From positions 1 through 24,000 of the forward strand of contig CAWJJG010000010.1 in assembly GCA_963843085.1 (NCBI GenBank): a stretch of DNA of 24,000 nucleotides. Reading direction: 5' to 3'. The notes beneath the pieces are model-generated. The model was given only the letters and a program-made list of their open reading frames with translations, was not told where the DNA came from and made no database searches. This DNA is from an uncultured Solirubrobacterales bacterium. GTDB taxonomy: Bacteria > Actinomycetota > Thermoleophilia > Solirubrobacterales > 70-9. Below, piece after piece: positions 12,708 through 20,788 of this stretch. The translations under genes were made by a program, and so were the position numbers. Within the stretch, counting starts at the first letter, position 1, and each line of letters begins with the position of its first letter.

Positions 12708-13601
12708 CTAGGTTGACGCAGCTTCCTCGACGGCGTCGTCCGCTTCCTCGTCGGAGTCGTCCGACGCCGACAGGAAGGGAACGAGCAGCGAGGTGAGTCT
12801 GGCCGCCGCCCTCGAACCGATCGTGTGGCCGGCCTTCGGCAGCGTGACCAGCTCGGAGTCCGGGATCAGCTCTGCGACCTGCTGCGTCCAGGCCTCTGGA
12901 ACGAGGTGATCGTGCTGGGGCTTCACCACCAGGGTGGGCGCCTCGATTTCGCCGAGCTTCTCCTCGATCGGGTCGTCGAGCGCCTGGCGGAGGTTCCGGG
13001 CGGAGCGCCAGGGTCCGGCGTCGATGAAGTCGTGGACGATGGTGGGAGCGAGCCTCGGTGAGGACCTCGGCGCGTTCCGGGCCCAGCGCAGCGCGAGGCG
13101 CGCTCTCGAGCGGGCCTTGGGATCGAACATGGGCCCCACCAGCACGAGCCGCTCGACGGTGGCCGGGTACGCAGCCGCCAGGTCGACGGCGACCTGGCAG
13201 CCGAAGCCGATCCCGACGACGATCGCCGGCGCCAGCCCGTTGTCGAGCTGCCAGCGCCGCAGCGCGTCGGCCAGCCCAGGGATGTCGAGTGGATGGGTGG
13301 GCTGATCGCTCATCCCGAAGCCCGGCAGGTCAGGCGCGTAGACGGGCCGGCCTGTGCCGAGCGACCGGATCAGCGGCTTGAGGGTTCGGCCCGAGGAGAG
13401 GCTGTGGACGAGCACGATCGGCGTCGCCTCCAGGTCAGGATGGGAGCCGTTGCCGTTGCCGTTGCCGTTCGATCCATTCGCGCCGTTGAAGTGCAGCTCC
13501 GACTGGCGCTTCAACTCCGTCGGCACACGCACGTAGACGCGGTTGTTCCCGGCGTGGGTCCAGCCACCGTAGATCCCGTTTCGACGCCCTACCGCGGCCA
13601 T
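12708..13601 (-). CDS. alpha/beta-hydrolase-fold protein lacking the nucleophile Ser (probably non-catalytic or atypical)
   Basis: PIVLVHSLSSG ... YAPDLPGFGMSD ... the nucleophile elbow reads VVGIGFGCQVA where G-x-S-x-G is expected. Asp (QHDHLVP) and His (KAGHTIG) are retained. N-terminal Asn/Gly low-complexity insert NGANGSNGNGNGNGS. Confidence 0.85.
   Translation of the reverse strand: MAAVGRRNGIYGGWTHAGNNRVYVRVPTELKRQSELHFNGANGSNGNGNGNGSHPDLEATPIVLVHSLSSGRTLKPLIRSLGTGRPVYAPDLPGFGMSDQPTHPLDIPGLADALRRWQLDNGLAPAIVVGIGFGCQVAVDLAAAYPATVERLVLVGPMFDPKARSRARLALRWARNAPRSSPRLAPTIVHDFIDAGPWRSARNLRQALDDPIEEKLGEIEAPTLVVKPQHDHLVPEAWTQQVAELIPDSELVTLPKAGHTIGSRAAARLTSLLVPFLSASDDSDEEADDAVEEAAST
13446..13469. 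repeat. hexanucleotide tandem repeat (GCCGTT)x4 inside the hydrolase-fold CDS, encoding (Asn-Gly)n
   Basis: Four perfect contiguous copies, read directly. A fifth isolated GCCGTT lies at 13483-13488. Confidence 0.9.
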
Positions 13602-13617
13602 CTCCCGCCCAACATAG

Positions 13618-13630
13618 CCGCAATTTGCGG
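13618..13630. promoter_or_regulatory. perfect palindrome CCGCAA-T-TTGCGG between the M32 gene stop and the hydrolase-fold gene start
   Basis: Read directly. It sits in a 51-nt gap that is AT-richer than its surroundings (TTGCAA at 13640-13645). It could be a protein-binding site or a weak hairpin. Confidence 0.3.
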
Positions 13631-13652
13631 ATTCGTGTCTTGCAATCTTTGT

Positions 13653-15167
13653 CTAGGTCCCAACGGCCAACTCGACGCGGTCCCCCAGGTGATCCAGGAG
13701 CGGCTCGACAGAGAGCTCACCGCAGCCAGCCCGATCGAGGATCTCGGCGGGGCTGAGCCGGCGCCCGTGGCGGTGGACGCGATCCCGCAGCCACTCGCCG
13801 ATCGCCGCCAGGTCGCCCTCGGCGATCCGGTCGTCGAGCGATCCGAGGTCGCGGCCCATGGCCTCCCAGAGCTGCCCGGCGATGACGTTGCCGAGGCTGT
13901 AGGTGGGGAAGTAGCCGAAGGCCCCGCTGGGCCAGTGCACGTCCTGCAGCACGCCGTGGGCGTCGTCGGGTACCTCGAGGCCAAGGTAGTCGCGGTAGCG
14001 GGCGTTCCACGCCTCCGGTAGCTCGGAGAGCTCAAGCCCGCCCTCGAAGATCTCCAGCTCCAGCTCGAAGCGGATCAGGATGTGGAGGTTGTAGGTGACC
14101 TCGTCGGCCTCGATCCGGATCAGCGAGCGCTCAACTCGGTTCGCTCCGCGGTAGAGCCGCTCGGCCTCGATCTCGTCGAAAGGTCCGGGGAAGCGCTCCC
14201 GCAGCCCCGGCAGCAGCCGCTCGAGATAGGGGCGGCTACGCGCCACCCAGTTCTCCCAGAGCCGGCTCTGGGACTCGTGAAGCCCGAGCGAGCGCGGCTT
14301 CGCCAGCGTCGTTCTGCGCAGCTCCGGGTCGACGCCCGATTCATAGAGCCCGTGGCCCGCCTCGTGCATCGCGCTGAACAGCGCCATCGCCAGGTTGGTC
14401 TCGTCGTAGCGGGTGGTGAGGCGAACATCGCCGAGGCCGATCGAGATGGCGAAAGGATGCTCGGTCGGGTCGATCCGCCAGGCGCCCTCGGGGAAGGGCA
14501 GCTCCGAGATCATCCCCGTGACCTGCTCGGCCTGGCGCTCTGCCGGGAACTCGCCGGCGAAGGGGTCATCAGCCCGGCCGGCGCCGTTTTCGGTGGCCTC
14601 GCGCACCAGGGGGACGAGGCCCTCGCGCAACTCGGCCAGCACGGTCCGCATCTGTTCGGTGGTCATCTCCGGCTCGTACTCGTCGAGCAGAGGGTCGTAG
14701 GGATGCGTGAAGCCGGGGAAGCCCTCGAAGCACTGAGCCCAGCGCTTGGTCAGCTCGACGTTGTGCTCGAGGTGGGGCAGCAGCATCTGGAAGTCCGATT
14801 TCTGCTTGGCCTCGACCCAGGCGGTCTCGGCGGTCGAGCTTGCGTGCGCCATCTCGGCCTGGAGCTCAGACGGCACCCGCGTCGCCTTCTGCCAATCACG
14901 AGCGAGCACGCGGGCGAGGTCGGCATCGACCGACTCCCCGGCGGGCACATCGCCCAGCTCGGAGCCCGCCCGGTCGATCAGATCGCCGATCTCGTCGGCG
15001 ATGAACATCTCGTGGCGGACGCGGGCCAGGGTCGCGAGCGTCTGGGCGCGGGCCTCGGCGCCCGCCGGAGGCATCATCGTGCGCTCGTCCCAGGCCAGCA
15101 GCGAGGCGGCTCGGCTCAGGTCGTGGATCTGGCCGAGGCGTTCGCGAAGTTCTTCGACGGCGGCCAT
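13653..15167 (-). CDS. carboxypeptidase M32 (thermostable carboxypeptidase 1 / Taq-type metallocarboxypeptidase)
   Basis: 504 aa with the family signatures TEHPFAISIG, HEAGHGLYE (HExxH), IRIEADEVTYNLH and GVLQDVHWPSGAFGYFPTYSLG. Confidence 0.95.
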   Translation of the reverse strand: MAAVEELRERLGQIHDLSRAASLLAWDERTMMPPAGAEARAQTLATLARVRHEMFIADEIGDLIDRAGSELGDVPAGESVDADLARVLARDWQKATRVPSELQAEMAHASSTAETAWVEAKQKSDFQMLLPHLEHNVELTKRWAQCFEGFPGFTHPYDPLLDEYEPEMTTEQMRTVLAELREGLVPLVREATENGAGRADDPFAGEFPAERQAEQVTGMISELPFPEGAWRIDPTEHPFAISIGLGDVRLTTRYDETNLAMALFSAMHEAGHGLYESGVDPELRRTTLAKPRSLGLHESQSRLWENWVARSRPYLERLLPGLRERFPGPFDEIEAERLYRGANRVERSLIRIEADEVTYNLHILIRFELELEIFEGGLELSELPEAWNARYRDYLGLEVPDDAHGVLQDVHWPSGAFGYFPTYSLGNVIAGQLWEAMGRDLGSLDDRIAEGDLAAIGEWLRDRVHRHGRRLSPAEILDRAGCGELSVEPLLDHLGDRVELAVGT

Positions 15168-15197
15168 TCCCTGAATGTAGTGGTCGACCCTCGCCGG

Positions 15198-15695
15198 CTA
15201 CGGAGCGGGAGGCGCGCCCTCGGCCGCGACCTTCGAGAGTCCCTCGAGCCAGCGCTGGTGCACCCGGACCATGGCCGGGCGCAGCACGGGCTTGGCCAGC
15301 TGAATCCCCCAGCCCTTCTGGGTCTCCTCGGTGCGGACGAATGTTCCACCCGATTGGCGCTTCAACACCCAGCCGTGATAGCCGCGGCCACCCAGCACCT
15401 TGGCGTCCCATGAGATGCGCTGGCCCGGCTCGTACTCGACCACCTCCGAGGTGACGAAGGCGCCGAAGCTGAACCAGCGGAAGCGGCTGCCCAACTCAAG
15501 CTTGGGCCACGGACCACCGAGGTGCTTGATGAACTTCGCGTTCGAGTAGTAGCGGCCCCAGAGGTCCGGGCGGCAGATCCAGGCCCAGACGACCTCGGGC
15601 TCCGCGGGTATCTGCAGCTCGTTGACCGCGTGGAACACGGATTCCTCCGGGCGATGCCCGTCGGGCCAGTTGATCACCGTCTCGCCGTCGGCCAC
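15198..15695 (-). CDS. SRPBCC-superfamily protein (polyketide cyclase/START-like ligand-binding fold)
   Basis: 165 aa with a GTG start. The PEVVWAWICRPDLWGRYY ... RFRWFSFGAFVTSEVVEYEPGQRISW pattern is typical of SRPBCC proteins. Confidence 0.75.
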   Translation of the reverse strand: MADGETVINWPDGHRPEESVFHAVNELQIPAEPEVVWAWICRPDLWGRYYSNAKFIKHLGGPWPKLELGSRFRWFSFGAFVTSEVVEYEPGQRISWDAKVLGGRGYHGWVLKRQSGGTFVRTEETQKGWGIQLAKPVLRPAMVRVHQRWLEGLSKVAAEGAPPAP

Positions 15696-15715
15696 CGGCG
15701 AAACCTACCCGTCCG

Positions 15716-15895
15716 TCAGTGGATGTGCAGGTTGACGTCGAAGAGCAGAATCAGCGGCCACAGCACGATTGCGAGCAGGGTTGACACGATCTGCCCGATC
15801 GTGTGGTGATGGATGTAGTTGTGGTCTCCGGCGACGAAGACGCCCACAACGAGATAGATGACCGTGAGCAGGCCAGGCCCGCCCCGCCTGGACAT
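15716..15895 (-). CDS. 59-aa His-rich two-TM membrane protein (sORF below the ORF-track size cutoff)
   Basis: My own translation: MSRRGGPGLLTVIYLVVGVFVAGDHNYIHHHTIGQIVSTLLAIVLWPLILLFDVNLHIH, then stop. GC3 is high throughout. ATG 15895 lies 6 nt after the upstream gene's stop. Confidence 0.65.
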   Translation of the reverse strand: MSRRGGPGLLTVIYLVVGVFVAGDHNYIHHHTIGQIVSTLLAIVLWPLILLFDVNLHIH

Positions 15896-15901
15896 GGCCG
15901 G

Positions 15902-16162
15902 CTAGCTCCGGTCGGGCTGGACATCGGCTGCGCGGTCCTCGTGACGGCCGGCTCGCTCTTCCTCGGCCTGTGCGGCCTCCTTGAGCTCGTCAGCCTTCTC
16001 ACGATGTCCGGCGGCCATGGAGCGGTGGCCTTCTGCCTCCGCCTCCATCCTGCGCCTCTCGCGTTCCCGGGCGATCCGTCGCCTCTGCGTGATCTTCGCC
16101 ACGGCGAACAGCACGACGGCTATCACCACGACGGCGATCACGATGATCACGATGGTTGACAT
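15902..16162 (-). CDS. 86-aa single-pass membrane protein with a highly charged Arg/Glu tail
   Basis: MSTIVIIVIAVVVIAVVLFAVA TM segment followed by KITQRRRIARERERRRMEAEAEGH and further charged residues. GC3 is high. Confidence 0.7.
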   Translation of the reverse strand: MSTIVIIVIAVVVIAVVLFAVAKITQRRRIARERERRRMEAEAEGHRSMAAGHREKADELKEAAQAEEERAGRHEDRAADVQPDRS

Positions 16163-16221
16163 GCCGCATGCTTACCCGGCCCCAGCAGCCGGAAACGCTC
16201 AATCGTTAGGGTCCTGTTGAG

Positions 16222-16671
16222 GTGACTGACCCCCTGTACAAGAAGCCGGGCTGGTTCACGCGGAACGTCTTCAACCGGTCCGTCGCGCTCCTGCACAAGC
16301 TGGGCCTGAGCCTCCAGGGCTCGCAGACCCTCTCCGTGCGCGGCCGCAAGAGCGGCGAGATGCGCAGCAACCCGGTCAACCCGTTCGAGCTCAACGGGCG
16401 CACCTACCTGTTCTCCCCGCGCGGCACCACCCAGTGGGTGCGCAACATGCGGGCCGCCAAGGAGGGCGAGCTGCACAGCGGCCGCAAGGTCCGGCACTTC
16501 ACCGCCGAGGAGGTTCCGGACCAGGACAAGCTGCCGCTGGTGCGCCTCTATATGGACAAGTGGTCCTGGGAGGTGAAGGGCTTTCTCGGCATCGACGCGA
16601 AGGCCTCAGACGAGGAGATCCAGCGGATCCTGCCGGACCACCCGGCCTTCGTCCTCACCTTCACGGACTGA
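16222..16671 (+). CDS. deazaflavin (F420H2)-dependent nitroreductase/quinone reductase family protein (DDN-like)
   Basis: 149 aa with a GTG start. KKPGWFTRNVFNRSVALLHKLG ... LSVRGRKSGEMRSNPVNP ... YLFSPRGTTQWVRNMRAA ... matches the split-barrel DDN family pattern. Confidence 0.82.
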   Translation: MTDPLYKKPGWFTRNVFNRSVALLHKLGLSLQGSQTLSVRGRKSGEMRSNPVNPFELNGRTYLFSPRGTTQWVRNMRAAKEGELHSGRKVRHFTAEEVPDQDKLPLVRLYMDKWSWEVKGFLGIDAKASDEEIQRILPDHPAFVLTFTD

Positions 16672-16675
16672 CCGC

Positions 16676-17611
16676 TCAGACGGCGCAGCGGTGCTCGATC
16701 GAGACCGAGTAGGCCTTCGGCCGCGCGGCGAGGATCGGGTCGTCCGAGGGCTCGATGCCGTCCGTCAGGCGCATGGGGTCGAAGACGAGCGGCTCGTCCG
16801 GAGTCTCGGGATCCTCGACGACCTCCGTCACCTCGAGCTCTCCGAGCTCGACGACCTCTCGCTCGCCCTCCCACTCGTGGGTCGGGTCGTCGAGCGGGTC
16901 GTCCTCGTTGGCGAGGGTGAACTCCAGCGTGAAGCGGGCGTTGCCCGACGCGAGTCGTTCGCGGATCTCCTCCTGCAGATAGTCGTCCGATGCGGCTTCG
17001 CGCTGCTCCTCGGTCAGGTACTCGGTGCCCTCCTCGGGCTCCCAGACATAGCGGCCCCAATGACCGCCGCCCTCGGCGTCGATCAGGCGGAAGGCATGGA
17101 GCGCGCGGTAGTCGGAGGTCGCGAAGCTGGTCGTCGGGGCGAGCTTGCCCATGCTCTTCTGGATGGCGATCCCGGTCTCCGGATGCTCGCCGAGGAACGC
17201 GCCGAGCTTCTCGGTGTCAGGGTGACCGGTCTCGGGGTCCGGGATCCGAGCGCGGGTGAAGGCCAGGAAATCCTCCGGCGTTCGGACCATGAAGACGACG
17301 AGAGGCACGGAGACGATGTCGGTCTCGCTCCCATCCGGCAGATGGAACTTGACGGCCATCCCGCGGCCGGCGATCGCGTGGGCGTCCGACGTGTTGGGAT
17401 TGCCGCTGGCATTCGAGAAGCGAACGGTCACCTCGACCGGGTCCCCCTGGAGATGCGCAGCGCGAGAGAGCTTCGACGCCTCGGGAGTGGGGGTGAAGGT
17501 CCCCTTGCAGACGCTTCCCTTGGCGTGGACGGCGCGGTGGCCGGGATACGGCCCGCCACTGGCGGCGTTGAGCGTGTCCACGATCTCCTCCCACAGCGTT
17601 GCGCTCGCCAC
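16676..17611 (-). CDS. catalase-related peroxidase (small catalase-family haem protein, SrpA-like)
   Basis: 311 aa. GHRAVHAKGSVCKGTF (distal His), VTVRFSNASG, and a C-terminal ARPKAYSVSIEHR (proximal Tyr region). Much shorter than a true catalase. Confidence 0.88.
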   Translation of the reverse strand: MASATLWEEIVDTLNAASGGPYPGHRAVHAKGSVCKGTFTPTPEASKLSRAAHLQGDPVEVTVRFSNASGNPNTSDAHAIAGRGMAVKFHLPDGSETDIVSVPLVVFMVRTPEDFLAFTRARIPDPETGHPDTEKLGAFLGEHPETGIAIQKSMGKLAPTTSFATSDYRALHAFRLIDAEGGGHWGRYVWEPEEGTEYLTEEQREAASDDYLQEEIRERLASGNARFTLEFTLANEDDPLDDPTHEWEGEREVVELGELEVTEVVEDPETPDEPLVFDPMRLTDGIEPSDDPILAARPKAYSVSIEHRCAV

Positions 17612-17640
17612 GAGACGCAGACTAGTTCAGTACCGCCAAG

Positions 17641-18036
17641 ATGGATCGCGTGATCCTCATCTATGACTCCGACTGCGGCTTCTGCCGCTGGAGCCTGGGC
17701 AAGGTGCTCGCCTGGGATCGCTACCGGTCGGTGAGGCCCGTCGCGCTGGGGACTGAGGAGGCGAACCGGCTGCTGGGCGACATGCCCGGCGACGAGCAGC
17801 GCTCCTCGTGGCATCTGGTCGACGACGCGGGCGAGGTCCACTCCGCCGGAGCCGGCTTCGAGCCGCTGTTCGGGCGGTTGCCCGGCGGCCGCCCCTTCGC
17901 GTCCGCCGCGCGCCGGCTACCCCATGCGACCGAGGGCGGCTACCGGTTCGTCTCGGGCAACCGCGGCATCTGGGGCAGGTTCGTCACGGACGGCGCGAAG
18001 CGCCGCGCCGACGAGAGAATCGCCGCTCGCAGTTAA
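17641..18036 (+). CDS. DCC-family thiol-disulfide oxidoreductase (DUF393)
   Basis: N-terminal ILIYDSDCGFCRW (CxxC) is typical of the DCC family. 131 aa. Confidence 0.85.
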   Translation: MDRVILIYDSDCGFCRWSLGKVLAWDRYRSVRPVALGTEEANRLLGDMPGDEQRSSWHLVDDAGEVHSAGAGFEPLFGRLPGGRPFASAARRLPHATEGGYRFVSGNRGIWGRFVTDGAKRRADERIAARS

Positions 18037-18803
18037 CCCGCCGCTTCGGCCTGGCGCAGGCCGCGGAACATGAAGATGGTCACCAGGGCGAGCAGCGTGA
18101 CGACGATGCCCAGCGTCGCCAGGTAATCGGTGCCCGTTCCCGCGATCAGGTCGCGGGCGGTCTCCATCACGTGAGTTACCGGGTTGAACGGGGCGACCGC
18201 GTGGACCCAGCCGCCGAGCAGATGCCGCGGGACGTAGACGGGGGCGAGGAAGAGGAAGAGGAAGACCGGCACCTGCATCAGCGGGGTCGCCTGCAGGCTC
18301 CGGAAGCGCAGCGCCACGCCGGCGGCGAAGAGCAGGCCGGTGACGTTGATGATCGCCGCGAGCGCGTACATCCCGAACACGTCGAGGCCGCCGCCGCTGA
18401 TGTTCAGGCCGACGAGCAGCGCAACCAGGGTGACGACGGTGATCGTGATCGCGGCGCGAATCAGCGCGACGACCCCGTAGCCGACCACGAGCGCGCTGCG
18501 GTGAGGGGTGGCCAGCAACAAGCGGCGCCCGAAGCCGAACTGGAAATCGGCGGCGATCGAGAAGCCGCTGAACACGCCGCCGAACGCGGCGCTCTGGCAG
18601 AGGACGAAGGCGAAGATGAACGAGGTGTAGCCGGGGGGATAGTCGAAGCCGGGCACGTTGCTGATCGCCGAGAGGCCACCGGCGAAGGCCGTGAAGAAGA
18701 AGAGCGGCATGAGCATCGGCGGGAGGAAGAGCAGCGGATTCGTGAACAGGCTGTGCAGCAGCCTCCAGGCGAGCCCGCCGACGACCGAGAAGTAGCGCCT
18801 CAC
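18033..18803 (-). CDS. ABC-2 type transporter permease (second permease, DrrC-like position)
   Basis: The GTG start at 18803 overlaps the upstream stop (GTGA). About 256 aa with 6 hydrophobic segments. The track ORF is over-extended at the N-terminus. Confidence 0.85.
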   Translation of the reverse strand: MRRYFSVVGGLAWRLLHSLFTNPLLFLPPMLMPLFFFTAFAGGLSAISNVPGFDYPPGYTSFIFAFVLCQSAAFGGVFSGFSIAADFQFGFGRRLLLATPHRSALVVGYGVVALIRAAITITVVTLVALLVGLNISGGGLDVFGMYALAAIINVTGLLFAAGVALRFRSLQATPLMQVPVFLFLFLAPVYVPRHLLGGWVHAVAPFNPVTHVMETARDLIAGTGTDYLATLGIVVTLLALVTIFMFRGLRQAEAAG

Positions 18804-19618
18804 GTGCGGACCATCCTTTCCTTCAACCCGGTGGCCGCGAAGTAGAGGCCGATCGCCAGGATGCCGAGCGCGCAGCCGAAGCCGAGTGCCAGCGCCTCGC
18901 CGTCCCATCCGACGATCAGGAGGCTGCGCAGCCCCTCGACCATGTAGCTGACCGGGTTGTAGGTCGCGACCGTGCGGAACCAGTCGGTCTGGATCAGGTT
19001 GCGAGGCAGGCTCATCGAGCTCATGAAGAGGAAGACGAAGATCAGCGGGAAGAGGCTCTGGACCTTCTCCGGTGCGTCCACGCGCATTCCGATCGCCAGG
19101 CCGATGCTGCCGAAGGCCAGGCAGATGCAGACGACCAGCGCGACCATCACGAGCGCGCCCCCGAAACCGGCCTCGATGTGGGCGCCGGCGATCAGTCCGA
19201 CCGAGATGTAGGTCGCGGCCTGGAGGAGGCCCAGGGCGAGCGTTCCGGCGAGCTGCCCGGCCACCAGCGCCGCCGGGTGGATCGGGGTCAGCTGCAGCCG
19301 GTTGAAGAACCCGCCCTGGTTGTCCTCGGCGAGGTTCTGGCCGGTGCCGATCACGGCGAAGACCCCGGCCTGAATGAAGGCGAAGGCCAGGGAGAAGGTG
19401 ATGTAGGAGTTGGTGGGGAAGCCCGGGAGGGAGGTCGCCGACTTCAGGCCGACGGAGTTGATCGCCAGCAGGATGAGCGGGAAGGTCGTCGCCGGGATCA
19501 CCGCGGCGGGCTGGCGGAGGGTGCGCGTGATCGAACGCCGGGCGAGCTCGGGCGCCTGCGTCCAGATCGAGGGGCGCCTGTGGACGGGCGCCGAGATCGG
19601 TAGGGCGGCCGCCTCCAT
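18800..19618 (-). CDS. ABC-2 type transporter permease (first permease, DrrB-like position)
   Basis: 272 aa, multi-TM. ATG 19618 overlaps the ATPase stop by 1 nt (TGATG). Confidence 0.9.
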   Translation of the reverse strand: MEAAALPISAPVHRRPSIWTQAPELARRSITRTLRQPAAVIPATTFPLILLAINSVGLKSATSLPGFPTNSYITFSLAFAFIQAGVFAVIGTGQNLAEDNQGGFFNRLQLTPIHPAALVAGQLAGTLALGLLQAATYISVGLIAGAHIEAGFGGALVMVALVVCICLAFGSIGLAIGMRVDAPEKVQSLFPLIFVFLFMSSMSLPRNLIQTDWFRTVATYNPVSYMVEGLRSLLIVGWDGEALALGFGCALGILAIGLYFAATGLKERMVRT

Positions 19619-20655
19619 CAGGCGGGGGATCCTTCGAGCGCGGGCTGCTCCCCGGTCTCCCCCTCCTTCACGGCCTCGGCCTGGGCGCCCTCGAGGGAGC
19701 GCCCGGTCTTGGCGAGGAAGACGTCGTTGAGGCTCGCCTCGTGGAGCTCGAGGTTCGCGACCTTGATGTCGGCCTGGTCGAAGGCGCGGATGATGTTGGG
19801 GAGCTCCTCGCCGCCATCCGAGTCGAGTCTGACCGCGGCGCCCTGGGGGGTGCCGGGAACCAGTTCGCCGAACGGCCGCAGCAACTCCACCGCGCGGTCG
19901 CGCTCCTGGTGGTCGGTGGGAACGACCTCCACCGTCGGGCGGCCGACCTCGGCCTTGAGCGCCTCCGGCGTGCCGGCGGCGACGATCTTGCCGTCGTCGA
20001 TGATCCCGAGGTGGTCGGCGAGCTGGTCGGCCTCCTCGAGGTACTGGGTCGTCAGGAAGACAGTCATCCCCTCGTCTCGCGAGAGACGCGCGACCTCGTC
20101 CCAGAGTGCGCTGCGGCTCTGGATGTCGAGGCCAGTCGTGGGCTCGTCGAGGAAGAGGACGCGCGGGCCGTGCAGCAGGGCAAGGGCGAGGTCGAGACGG
20201 CGCTTCATCCCACCCGAGTAGCCGCCGACCTTGCGGTCCGCGGCATCCGCGAGACCGACCCGCTCGATCAGCTCGTCCCCGCGCTTGGTTCGCTCCGCCT
20301 TCTGCATGCCGTGGAGCGCGCCCTGAAGTCGCATGTGCTCGCGGGCGGTCAGGTTCGGATCGAGCGCGGCTTCCTGAAGGGCGGCGCCGATCGCGTCGCG
20401 CACGTCGGCGCCCTGCTTGACGACGTCGAAGCCGGCGACCGTCGCCGAGCCCGCGGTGGGCGGGAGGAGGGTGGTGAGCATGTGAACGGTCGTGGACTTG
20501 CCGGCCCCGTTCGGGCCGAGGAAGCCGTAGATCTCACCGGGCTTGACCTCGAGGTCGATTCCGTCGACCGCGCGGACGCTGCCCTTGAACTCACGTACCA
20601 GGCCGTTGACCTCGATGCCGTTGGCCTCCGACTGGACTCCGTTCCTGCTCTGCAT
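19618..20655 (-). CDS. ABC transporter ATP-binding protein, DrrA-like (ABC-2 exporter subfamily)
   Basis: Starts at ATG 20655 after GGAGGGGG. Walker A GPNGAGKST, signature YSGGMKRRL, Walker B VLFLDEPTTGLD, switch region FLTTQYLEEADQL. 345 aa. Confidence 0.95.
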   Translation of the reverse strand: MQSRNGVQSEANGIEVNGLVREFKGSVRAVDGIDLEVKPGEIYGFLGPNGAGKSTTVHMLTTLLPPTAGSATVAGFDVVKQGADVRDAIGAALQEAALDPNLTAREHMRLQGALHGMQKAERTKRGDELIERVGLADAADRKVGGYSGGMKRRLDLALALLHGPRVLFLDEPTTGLDIQSRSALWDEVARLSRDEGMTVFLTTQYLEEADQLADHLGIIDDGKIVAAGTPEALKAEVGRPTVEVVPTDHQERDRAVELLRPFGELVPGTPQGAAVRLDSDGGEELPNIIRAFDQADIKVANLELHEASLNDVFLAKTGRSLEGAQAEAVKEGETGEQPALEGSPA

Positions 20656-20695
20656 CCGGATTCCCCCTCCGGTGTGGTCGATTGCGAAGGACGGC

Positions 20696-20738
20696 AGTAT
20701 ACATAGATAGTTGAACCTTGCAACCTTGTATGTATGAA
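20696..20738. promoter_or_regulatory. AT-rich divergent promoter/operator region between the ABC operon and MarR
   Basis: Minus strand: TTGCAA (20723-20718), 16 nt, TATACT (20701-20696). Plus strand: TTGAAC (20711-20716), 16 nt, TATGAA (20733-20738). Inverted repeat ATACATA (20699-20705)/TATGTAT (20729-20735). Tandem AACCTTG-c-AACCTTG. Confidence 0.5.
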
Positions 20739-20788
20739 ACGTTCCCGGTAGACTCCCAGGCAAGATGGCCAAGGGGAAGGATTCAGAA

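Noticed and set aside
13446-13469. (GCCGTT)x4 as a phase-variation on/off switch
   Set aside because: The repeat unit is 6 nt, so copy-number change keeps the reading frame. At most it varies the length of an Asn-Gly linker, so it is not an on/off switch.
14082-15413. 443-aa plus-strand ORF opposite the M32 carboxypeptidase
   Set aside because: The minus-strand frame carries all M32 signature motifs. The plus-strand product has no recognisable motif and is an antisense artefact.
16691-18845. 320-aa and 345-aa plus-strand ORFs opposite the catalase-related gene and the permease
   Set aside because: Same reasoning. The opposite-strand frames carry the family motifs or TM segments. These are highly charged, repetitive translations.
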